A stretch of 28,150 nucleotides of DNA, from IMG/VR virus record IMGVR_UViG_3300025668_000848, positions 1-28,150 of that record; one strand, 5' to 3'. Source of the stretch: a virus (lineage: Duplodnaviria; Caudoviricetes). Numbering within the stretch: the stretch's first letter is position 1; each line of letters opens with the position of its first letter. Shown piece by piece: positions 17,967-25,127 of this stretch. The position numbers and the translations under genes were made by a program. The notes below the pieces were generated by a model that saw only the letters and a program-made list of their open reading frames with translations, was not told where the DNA came from and made no database searches.

Positions 17967-19018
17967 TAAAAATAATCCTGCAAAGAACCTTTACGTTTGG
18001 TATCTAGTGTTTGACAGTGAAATCCTCCGCTTAAACTACGAGATTGCCTACATGGTAATCCTATAGTATCGATTCCATGTTTACCTAGTATGCGTCTTAG
18101 TGCTTCTTGTTTTTCATCTACAATTACTAGTTCTTCGTTTATGCTTAGAAAGTTAAGTCCAATATACGGACTACACGGAGCAATGCCTGTGTTCGCTGGC
18201 GGTGTATATAAGTCTTCTTCACCTACCCAAATTTTATCCCAGTCTTTGAAAATAGGCGGATACCAGTCTTCACTCAATCTACCTGCGTTTAACAGCACCA
18301 ATCCAGGGCGTAGTGGTAGTACTGTGCTATCAAAGTGTGCAAAGCTATAATACTTCTCTGCAACGTGCAAACGATATCCCTTGGGTTCTAAGATAGTCTT
18401 AAGCCACTGAAAGCCTAGTTGGTTGCCACTGTTGCTCACTTGGCACAACAAGTCACGTCCCATACGAACAATGTTTGGTGCATCAAAAATAATCTCTTTG
18501 TTTACTAGTGTAGCATCACGCCTGTCTTCTAGTTGATAGTTGTCATCTGTTAGGATAGGCTTTGGAGCATTGATCCACTGTGTGCCTTCTTGCATCCATT
18601 TGTATAAATGTTTGTAGTAGGCTCTTGTTTCAAAGTATCTTGAACGCATTGGACTTGGGCATTCAATAATCATATTATCTAACGGTAACAACAAATCTCT
18701 TGGACAGAATGTATACCAACCTGTTGTTTCCCACTCCGGTGTGCTAAACTTCTTGTTATGATCTATACTATCAGGACGCATTACTTTGACGCCTAGGCCT
18801 TTAAGACATTCTGACAGTTTTTCTAAATCTTCATTTGCTTCATCTACAATCCATTTGTCTTGCGGCTGTCCATTAAACTGTTTTATGTCGTTATACTTTT
18901 CGCCACCATACATAAAACTGTGTGTACTTTTATTCATAGTAGGATGTACACAATTATCAGCAGTGCCTACTATAATTTCCTCTAATGGATCCCAATCATT
19001 ATTACTTTGTACTGGCAA
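17966..19018 (-). CDS. L-arginine-dependent amidinotransferase (pentein family, AGAT/StrB1-like)
   Basis: NDWDPLEEIIVG, FCPRD, IFDAPN (catalytic Asp), AHFDST (His), GGFHCQT (Cys). Start likely TTG 19018, 5 nt after GGAGG (the track gives 19030). Confidence 0.9.
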   Translation of the reverse strand: MPVQSNNDWDPLEEIIVGTADNCVHPTMNKSTHSFMYGGEKYNDIKQFNGQPQDKWIVDEANEDLEKLSECLKGLGVKVMRPDSIDHNKKFSTPEWETTGWYTFCPRDLLLPLDNMIIECPSPMRSRYFETRAYYKHLYKWMQEGTQWINAPKPILTDDNYQLEDRRDATLVNKEIIFDAPNIVRMGRDLLCQVSNSGNQLGFQWLKTILEPKGYRLHVAEKYYSFAHFDSTVLPLRPGLVLLNAGRLSEDWYPPIFKDWDKIWVGEEDLYTPPANTGIAPCSPYIGLNFLSINEELVIVDEKQEALRRILGKHGIDTIGLPCRQSRSLSGGFHCQTLDTKRKGSLQDYF

Positions 19019-19871
19019 GTTCGCCTCCAATTAAATTTGATATGCATACTCTGTTAATCTTAGTACCTCGATTCATATGTTTCCATTCTTTATTGCCAGT
19101 ACCAAACATTATACAATCTGTTTCTTTTAAATTTAGTTCTTGACATACTTGTTTATATTCTTTAGAATAAGTGTTCCAATTATAATCAACTGAAAAGTTT
19201 TTAATTAGTTCATTTACAATACCTAGCGATATTCTATTCTGCATTTTAACTGAGTTGAACACATCAATGCCGTCGTCGTTATCTTGTTTTTCTAACCGCA
19301 TACCAACTCTTAAAAACTCTGCTCCGTTAAATGCTTTTGATATCGAAAATGCAATAGTATCAATACATGAAAACTTTGATACATCTAAATTAATATTTTT
19401 AGCACAAGGATAATATGCAAAGTCTAGTAATACTGGAATATTTAATGCACTGCAACTAGTTAGATAGTACTCTAGATCATCACGCTGTTTGCCCCAATCT
19501 GAAAACGGAACACTAATTACTACTGCATCATTTTCCTTTAACATGCCGTCTTCGATAAAAGCAAAGTTTCCTCCGTTTTTAAGAACAGCCTGATGATACA
19601 TAAATTCGCCTTTAAAGAATCTTATAGTCTTGTCTTTATGTTTCCAATACCAGTGATCAAATGCCTGTATAGTTCCAGCAATTATTTTTTGATTAGTAAA
19701 ATGATCTAATCCTAATAGATTATTGTTCTTACTACTGTTAATCCAAGAATAGAAATTATTAGTAAACGTATCAGGTATACTTTCGTCATATAAAAAGTTA
19801 GTTACATCTATCGAATTAATAAATGTTTGAATACTTTTATCTTGAATAGGAAGTGCGTTGCGTAAATTCAT
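19002..19871 (-). CDS. Compact fold-type I PLP-dependent enzyme (aminotransferase/decarboxylase-like), 289 aa
   Basis: LLDFAY (PLP Asp), FSISKAF (Schiff-base Lys), LRVG and C-terminal NRVCIS. Confidence 0.75.
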   Translation of the reverse strand: MNLRNALPIQDKSIQTFINSIDVTNFLYDESIPDTFTNNFYSWINSSKNNNLLGLDHFTNQKIIAGTIQAFDHWYWKHKDKTIRFFKGEFMYHQAVLKNGGNFAFIEDGMLKENDAVVISVPFSDWGKQRDDLEYYLTSCSALNIPVLLDFAYYPCAKNINLDVSKFSCIDTIAFSISKAFNGAEFLRVGMRLEKQDNDDGIDVFNSVKMQNRISLGIVNELIKNFSVDYNWNTYSKEYKQVCQELNLKETDCIMFGTGNKEWKHMNRGTKINRVCISNLIGGELASTK

Positions 19872-19878
19872 TATAACA

Positions 19879-19924
19879 TATTTAAACCATTTTCGAAACC
19901 TTAGTATTGTTATTGAATTAAATA
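19879..19924. promoter_or_regulatory. Divergent late-type TAAATA promoters
   Basis: TAAATA on the minus strand (19884-19879), 7 nt before ATG 19871; TAAATA on the plus strand (19919-19924) before AAGGAGG and ATG 19946. Confidence 0.55.
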
Positions 19925-19945
19925 ATTGTTCCTAAGGAGGAAATT

Positions 19946-20209
19946 ATGATAAAATGGTTAAAAAACTTATTGGGCTTTGGAACAGTAGTTGATGTTGTCA
20001 ACGAAATCTTTCCGGAAGATCCGGCGCCTGTTAAGAAAGTAGTAAAAAAAGCATCTACTAAGAAAACTTCTACTAAGAAGAAAAGTTCAGGTAGTTGCGA
20101 TTTTGATAAATTGAATAAAGCTCAACTTTTAAAAGAAGCAAAACAGCGTGGTGTAAAAGCTAATGCAAGTCTTACGAAAGCAGAAATTTTAAGTCGACTT
20201 AAGGCCTAA
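19946..20209 (+). CDS. Lys-rich protein with a C-terminal Rho-N/SAP/HeH-like helical domain, 87 aa
   Basis: Strong AAGGAGG RBS; KKVVKKASTKKTSTKKK linker; FDKLNKAQLLKEAKQRGVKANASLTKAEILSRL. Confidence 0.75.
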   Translation: MIKWLKNLLGFGTVVDVVNEIFPEDPAPVKKVVKKASTKKTSTKKKSSGSCDFDKLNKAQLLKEAKQRGVKANASLTKAEILSRLKA

Positions 20210-20483
20210 TAACGCCTTTTAGTTGTTCAATTGCAGTTTCACAGCGAGTCAGCTTACGCTCTAATACAGTGATAGCGGCTCGTTGTTTTCTTGACTGCTC
20301 TTCTAAGCTAGTTACATACTGAAGTGACGGTACTTCTTGTCGTGTACCATCTTCACCGAGCATAGTAAACCGATCAACGCCTTGGGCTTTTAGTCCACCA
20401 GTAACTCTGTTTGGATTCTTATCCGAAGCCGACGAACTCTGGGGTGCATTCGTTCTTCCGTACATTTTGTTCAAATAGCTCAT
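20199..20483 (-). CDS. Hypothetical protein with a C-terminal coiled coil, 94 aa
   Basis: GAGGAG RBS and TATAAATA upstream; heptad pattern in the C-terminal half. Confidence 0.75.
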   Translation of the reverse strand: MSYLNKMYGRTNAPQSSSASDKNPNRVTGGLKAQGVDRFTMLGEDGTRQEVPSLQYVTSLEEQSRKQRAAITVLERKLTRCETAIEQLKGVIRP

Positions 20484-21513
20484 AGTGTTTTAACTCCTCT
20501 TTGTATTTATATAGGTCAATACTAGCAAGATTCTTACACTTGCTCTCGCACATAATATCTGTGTAAGGCAAGAAACTCAATGCCCAGTCATTAACAAGTT
20601 GATTGGGATAGTAATCACTGTGCGCTCGTAGTTTGCCTTTCTTGTGTCCTGCTTCTAGTAGTGCTGGAAAATTAGGCATTGTGTCATGTGCAAAGCCTTC
20701 GGGTAGTGCTGTGTCTCTACTGTAACTGTAGTGTATTGCAGGACGCACACCACGCCAGCTATCTATTACGCGAGCAAATCTATCGTCGGTGGGCTGTATG
20801 TATTCACCTTCGCGGCACCAGTGATGGTGTATGTCAAGAACGAGTGCGCAGTGGTCTGCAAGTTCGAGACTGTGTTCGAGACCCCACTTGTTTTCGTCGT
20901 TCTCGATTGTGATCGTGTTTCTTGCTTCAGGCGAGAGTCGTTTAAGTGCGTCGATAATGCCTTGTGGACCTTTTCGACCCGATATATGGACATTGCATTT
21001 AAAGTCTTGGAATGATTGTCCGTAACCCATATAGCGGATGACATCGGTGTGATATTCAAATTCTTCTATGCTCCTATCTACGATGTCTGGGTTATCACTA
21101 GCAAGGACAGTAAACTGGCCAGGATGCATAGACAAGCGTACATCAAGTTCTTTTGCAAGGGCACCGACCCTAGCAAAATGCTTTTCGCAATAACTGACCA
21201 CGCTAGGCAGTTGCCAATAATAGCGCCAGTCAGACTGAGTGTATACAGGAAGTACATCACTGCCAAGTCGAACCATTCGTAACTCATGTGGTAAACTCCC
21301 TACATATTCAATCAGATTGTAATATGACTGAATGTTATGGACCATGATGTCCCACAAGCGTTCTTCAGCAACATCACGTGTCTGACGGTTAAGCCATTGT
21401 ACTGTTGTGCTACGAGTATTTAGTGGGCGTTGAATTTCTTCAAGCACTTTCTTCTTCTGTGTTTGATCTGGGTGCATGTATTTACATGCAAAGCCTATGC
21501 GTTGTGTTACCAT
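20419..21513 (-). CDS. uvsE: UV damage endonuclease
   Basis: RIGFAC, RLGSDVLP, RLSMHPGQFTVLAS, NVHISG, ITIENDE, VLDIHHHW, IHYS, RAHSD, DIMCESKCKN. Confidence 0.95.
   Translation of the reverse strand: MVTQRIGFACKYMHPDQTQKKKVLEEIQRPLNTRSTTVQWLNRQTRDVAEERLWDIMVHNIQSYYNLIEYVGSLPHELRMVRLGSDVLPVYTQSDWRYYWQLPSVVSYCEKHFARVGALAKELDVRLSMHPGQFTVLASDNPDIVDRSIEEFEYHTDVIRYMGYGQSFQDFKCNVHISGRKGPQGIIDALKRLSPEARNTITIENDENKWGLEHSLELADHCALVLDIHHHWCREGEYIQPTDDRFARVIDSWRGVRPAIHYSYSRDTALPEGFAHDTMPNFPALLEAGHKKGKLRAHSDYYPNQLVNDWALSFLPYTDIMCESKCKNLASIDLYKYKEELKHYELFEQNVRKNECTPEFVGFG
20504..20511 (-). promoter_or_regulatory. Consensus T4 late promoter TATAAATA inside the 3' end of uvsE
   Basis: Exact TATAAATA 20 nt upstream of ATG 20483. 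Confidence 0.65.
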
Positions 21514-21656
21514 TTTCTATATTGTCCGTCTAGTTCGTGTGTGCCTGAATTGTAAATTGCCCACTGTACACAGTTGTACCATGCATAGTGTGGATGTTGC
21601 CTTAGTTGTTTGTACCATTGTATAGCTAGTATAACACGTTTCTTAAAGTTTGTCAA
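21507..21656 (-). CDS. Small aromatic-rich hypothetical protein, 49 aa
   Basis: Not in the track. TTG start overlaps the fpr stop (TTGA) and the stop overlaps the uvsE start (ATGGTAA): MTNFKKRVILAIQWYKQLRQHPHYAWYNCVQWAIYNSGTHELDGQYRKW. Confidence 0.5.
   Translation of the reverse strand: MTNFKKRVILAIQWYKQLRQHPHYAWYNCVQWAIYNSGTHELDGQYRKW
21628..21656 (-). promoter_or_regulatory. Sigma70-type promoter upstream of uvsE
   Basis: TTGACA (21656-21651), 17 nt, TATACT (21633-21628), with an extended -10 TG. Confidence 0.8.
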
Positions 21657-22381
21657 CTTACAAACGCCTTTTCTTGTACAAACGTTCCTTGTGTACGTTT
21701 GTTGCCTTCATCCCATCCTAATGGAGTTAACAAATCTTTTACATCATTATTAAATGGCATACTACCGCATATCATAACTTTATTCAATTCGGGCATATCA
21801 TTTATTAATAACCCTTCTTCCATAAGCGTAGTTATTCGTTTACGCTCAAATGGCCATTCAGGATCTTGTGTTACTATTGGCAAATATTCGATATCTAAAT
21901 CTCGTAAAAATTCGTCGTATGCAAGGAGCTCTGCTTGTTCTCTTACACTCCATAATACACGAATGTAATCGAATAGTTCATACGTTGCAGGGTCTCTTAG
22001 AAGCGATATAAACGGTGCTATGCCAGTCCCTGTAGCTAACAGCCACAAGTCGCCACCTAGTTCTAAATTAGAGTGTGTAAGAGTTCCGGTTGGCTTTTGT
22101 CCTACTTCAACTTCGTCGCCTACCTTAATCTTTTGTAGTTTACTAGTTAATGGTCCGTCTGGCACTTTGATACTATAAAATTCAAGCCAGTCATCATACG
22201 GACCACTTGATATACTGTATGCTCTCATTATTGGTTTGTTCTTTTGTAGTTTTTCTGACCAGTTGTCTAACCCGATCATTACAAACTCACCTGCTGAGAA
22301 TCTAAATGTGCGTGGACGTTCTGTTCTAAATTTAAATAACGTATCTGTATAATGTTCTACTTGTGTTACTTTTAGTAACAT
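21653..22381 (-). CDS. fpr: Ferredoxin(flavodoxin)-NADP+ reductase, bacterial type
   Basis: GEFVMIGL, MRAYSISS, GPLTSKL, KPTGTL, ATGTGIAPF, MICGS, FVQEKAFV. Confidence 0.93.
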   Translation of the reverse strand: MLLKVTQVEHYTDTLFKFRTERPRTFRFSAGEFVMIGLDNWSEKLQKNKPIMRAYSISSGPYDDWLEFYSIKVPDGPLTSKLQKIKVGDEVEVGQKPTGTLTHSNLELGGDLWLLATGTGIAPFISLLRDPATYELFDYIRVLWSVREQAELLAYDEFLRDLDIEYLPIVTQDPEWPFERKRITTLMEEGLLINDMPELNKVMICGSMPFNNDVKDLLTPLGWDEGNKRTQGTFVQEKAFVS

Positions 22382-22382
22382 A

Positions 22383-23207
22383 TTACCTCCAGTTTTCTTT
22401 TACCCAAGGATCATTGCAATATTCTGGATTTGGGTCTCCGTGGAATACACATACCTTACAGTCTTTTGGCGGAGTAACTAGCTCGACAGTTCGAAGTGTT
22501 CTCCTACCTCTAGGCTGATGATAATTTAGATCCTTTGTTTGTCGTATTTCCCATTTCCAGCTTAGGATCCATTCATCTGGAAATAGTTTGGCAGGATTAT
22601 CAATGCTAGTCATTTCATAGAGCCAATCTTGATCCCCATGATACTTACGTTCCATTGCTTGCCTATTTTCTTTGAATTGTTGCCATAGATAATCTAACTC
22701 GCCTGTATTAAATCTGATTATACTACTGTTATACTTTTGCCAATTAGGACGCTGTTTACGTGTAAAATCTCGTATAGTACACCAGCGTTCTTTTTCCCAT
22801 GTAAATAATCTATCAATGCTTCCAGATATTACTACATCGAGATCCATGTACAATACAGTACCGTCTATTGGTAATTGATTTGAAAACATATAAGGCTTAC
22901 ACCACCATCCTGATAACTCTTGTGGTAATGTAATAGTTCTAATATTTGGGTCAATGCCAATGGTACTATCAGTAATACAGATAAATTCAAAATCATATGA
23001 ACAATAGCGTCTTACCATATTATGTAATTTGTTTACATAGTGATGCGAATACTTTGTTCCATGTTTTAGACACAGGACATAGTATTTGTTGTTTACACTT
23101 TTCTGCGGCAAAATTTGAACATCTTCCACACTTTTCTGCACCTTGTCTAAGGCTTTGCGTGTTTTGCGTTCTTCTTTAGTTTCACCTTCGACATATTTTT
23201 TGACCAA
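22383..23207 (-). CDS. GT-A fold (GT8-like) glycosyltransferase
   Basis: CLKHGTKY, GWWCK, YMDLDVV (DxD), YNSS, GDQDW, VFHGDPNP. Start likely TTG 23207, just after the queD stop and downstream of GAGG (the track gives 23249). Confidence 0.8.
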   Translation of the reverse strand: MVKKYVEGETKEERKTRKALDKVQKSVEDVQILPQKSVNNKYYVLCLKHGTKYSHHYVNKLHNMVRRYCSYDFEFICITDSTIGIDPNIRTITLPQELSGWWCKPYMFSNQLPIDGTVLYMDLDVVISGSIDRLFTWEKERWCTIRDFTRKQRPNWQKYNSSIIRFNTGELDYLWQQFKENRQAMERKYHGDQDWLYEMTSIDNPAKLFPDEWILSWKWEIRQTKDLNYHQPRGRRTLRTVELVTPPKDCKVCVFHGDPNPEYCNDPWVKENWR

Positions 23208-23208
23208 A

Positions 23209-23658
23209 CTATGCCTCGTATATCGCTGAGTTTGCTCCGTGTTCTGCACACTCTACTCTTACACAGTAACATCTATTATCTGTTGCTTCACGTATAAGTT
23301 TGTCTGCAAAATTAAATGCGTGTTCTGCAAACTTCTCTGCACCTACACCTTCAAATACTCTAATTTCTGCCAGTCCTAAGTTTTGTAACATTAGCATAGT
23401 TTCCATCTCTGGATCTTCTGAGTCTACAGCTACTTTATGATCAAAGTGATCTTCTAACCAAGCCTTCAAAGGTTTTAGTCCACCAAAGTCTACTGCCCAG
23501 TTTTTGTTATCTAATTCGTCGCATCCAAATGTAAATGTAAACGCTAAACTGTAACCATGTAATAGATGGCAGTGTGAGTGATCTGCGTTAGGCTGTCTAA
23601 ATACCGCTGATAAACCAATGTTATGCCCATAATGTTTAGTGCTGTAATGTTTTCCCAT
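23209..23658 (-). CDS. queD: QueD/PTPS-family T-fold enzyme (6-carboxytetrahydropterin synthase-like)
   Basis: HCHLLHGYS, WAVDFGGLK, FDHK, GAEKFAE, VECAEHGANSA; AGGAG RBS. Confidence 0.88.
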   Translation of the reverse strand: MGKHYSTKHYGHNIGLSAVFRQPNADHSHCHLLHGYSLAFTFTFGCDELDNKNWAVDFGGLKPLKAWLEDHFDHKVAVDSEDPEMETMLMLQNLGLAEIRVFEGVGAEKFAEHAFNFADKLIREATDNRCYCVRVECAEHGANSAIYEA

Positions 23659-23680
23659 AATGTTCTCCTATTAATAAATT

Positions 23681-23722
23681 ATGTAAGCGGCAGAGTTAGA
23701 AGGGTTGACGCTAAGTCCTTAC
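23681..23722 (-). ncRNA. Candidate preQ1-I-like pseudoknot leader (putative riboswitch) of queD
   Basis: AAGG-ACUUAGCGUCAAC-CCUU-CUAACUCUGC-CGCU: P1 AAGG/CCUU and loop-tail pairing AGCG/CGCU; begins at the predicted +1; GC-rich in an AT-rich context. Confidence 0.5.
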
Positions 23723-23726
23723 GTAT

Positions 23727-23755
23727 AGTATACTACAAGTTACTTATCGTGTCAA
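23727..23755 (-). promoter_or_regulatory. Sigma70-type promoter of the queD-GT-fpr unit
   Basis: TTGACA (23755-23750), 17 nt, TATACT (23732-23727). Confidence 0.85.
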
Positions 23756-24311
23756 CCGTTACATTAGGATAATTCCAGGCTTTAGGTAACTCCCAGTTGT
23801 CCTTTTGATATACAGTAAATTTAATTTTAGGATAGCAGTTAAACACCATACCTATTTGATGTATCCAATAACTAGGGTCTACTGCTCGTTTGTCTGCGTT
23901 ATCATAATTAGGAGTGTCTTTGTACACATTGTTTACTTTTTTATTATCACTGTGTAAATCAAACCCAATTAAATTAACATAACGTTCTTTTGCATATTTT
24001 GCTGCAATAAGTACAGCATATGGACCACTGCCCCATTGAAAGGGTTCGTCCCATCTTTCTGTACCTTCGTATGGTAGTTGCGGAACTACTCGTATTCTTT
24101 GATTATTTTTGTATGCATCGATCCAATTTGATCGAGTATATACTAAACTATTATATTTACGGCCAATTGCTTCTTGCATCATTCGACGATCAACACATAC
24201 TAAGTAGTCAACAAAGTAGTCACGCATAATAGCATTACACCCTACTTTAGGTCCTTGTAATTTGTCTATGTCGATTGAGGTGCGACTTTCACCGTTACCA
24301 ATAGCTAACAT
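23733..24311 (-). CDS. DUF115/Maf/sialyltransferase-like Rossmann-fold protein, 192 aa
   Basis: IGNGESR, GCNA, LVCVD, SGPYA and LIGFD motif series; TAAATA 5 nt upstream of the ATG. Confidence 0.65.
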   Translation of the reverse strand: MLAIGNGESRTSIDIDKLQGPKVGCNAIMRDYFVDYLVCVDRRMMQEAIGRKYNSLVYTRSNWIDAYKNNQRIRVVPQLPYEGTERWDEPFQWGSGPYAVLIAAKYAKERYVNLIGFDLHSDNKKVNNVYKDTPNYDNADKRAVDPSYWIHQIGMVFNCYPKIKFTVYQKDNWELPKAWNYPNVTVDTISNL

Positions 24312-24319
24312 AAATTTAT

Positions 24320-24802
24320 TTAGCGTGGGTCTACTTTTAAATAGATGTTATCGAATACTTGTACTTTTTGTGTTTTGAATATCAAGTGTACGCATGTAAA
24401 TTCGCCTGTCATACTAACACGATACTCACCACCTTTAGCCATATGTTCAGGTACAGCCATATGCCAACCATTTTCAACTCTATCACCTGGTGCTGTGTTT
24501 TGCACATAGCGTTTTGTAAATGTGTTTAAATCATGTGAGTGTGAGCCATCTATTGCGTGTGCTACACCATATGCGGCTGTGCTGTTGCACTGATACTTCT
24601 TTGAGCCTACCATAAAGAACTCTATATCTTTGTCTTTAGTTACTGGATTATTTGAAATGCCTATTTCTGTATCTGTAAATACAAATGCGTTATCAAAACT
24701 CATATACATTATCCCTAAAGTAATAATTGTAACCATACTCAAACCACTGATTACATTAAGCATAGCTTTAATATACATATATCGTTTTAAACTATTGTTC
24801 AT
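24320..24802 (-). CDS. Membrane-anchored protein with one N-terminal TM segment and a Cys pair, 160 aa
   Basis: Hydrophobic VISGLSMVTIITLGIMYM followed by a beta-rich domain with two Cys; overlaps the upstream gene. Confidence 0.7.
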   Translation of the reverse strand: MNNSLKRYMYIKAMLNVISGLSMVTIITLGIMYMSFDNAFVFTDTEIGISNNPVTKDKDIEFFMVGSKKYQCNSTAAYGVAHAIDGSHSHDLNTFTKRYVQNTAPGDRVENGWHMAVPEHMAKGGEYRVSMTGEFTCVHLIFKTQKVQVFDNIYLKVDPR

Positions 24803-25127
24803 TTTTTAATGCCTCGACTTCCGTTTTTACTTCTATAAATTCGTTTCTCACATCTAGTAAATTATTACTTGCTCTATTAAGTGTGCGTATCAAATGTCTT
24901 ATAGTGTATATAGTCCAGAACCACCAAGTTACCGCGGTAACAGCGAACAGCCCAAGTCCTAAATAGAAGGCTGTATCGAATGATATATATCCAGTGGATA
25001 TTAGTATTATTGATATTATTAAAAATACAGTTGGGGTTATTCTAGCAAAAACGTCCCATTTCTCTACTTGTATTTCAATTTTTTTATCTCGCTTTAGATC
25101 GAGTTGTTCTTGTTCTTTATCTATCAT
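24792..25127 (-). CDS. Two-TM membrane protein with a C-terminal coiled coil, 111 aa
   Basis: TVFLIISIILISTGYI and AFYLGLGLFAVTAVTWWFW segments; TAAATA at 25187-25182. Confidence 0.7.
   Translation of the reverse strand: MIDKEQEQLDLKRDKKIEIQVEKWDVFARITPTVFLIISIILISTGYISFDTAFYLGLGLFAVTAVTWWFWTIYTIRHLIRTLNRASNNLLDVRNEFIEVKTEVEALKNEQ

Noticed and set aside
17966-19018. Amidinotransferase as archaeosine synthase
   Set aside because: Known archaeosine-forming enzymes (ArcS, QueF-like, GAT-QueC) are not pentein-fold; these motifs are AGAT/StrB1-type.
19870-19878. Extended -10 element TGTTATAAT on the minus strand
   Set aside because: It overlaps the PLP gene's ATG, so a transcript from it would lack the start codon.
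20679-21287. Cluster of six alternative-frame ORFs within uvsE
   Set aside because: Explained by locally higher GC and fewer stop codons; uvsE motifs account for the whole region.
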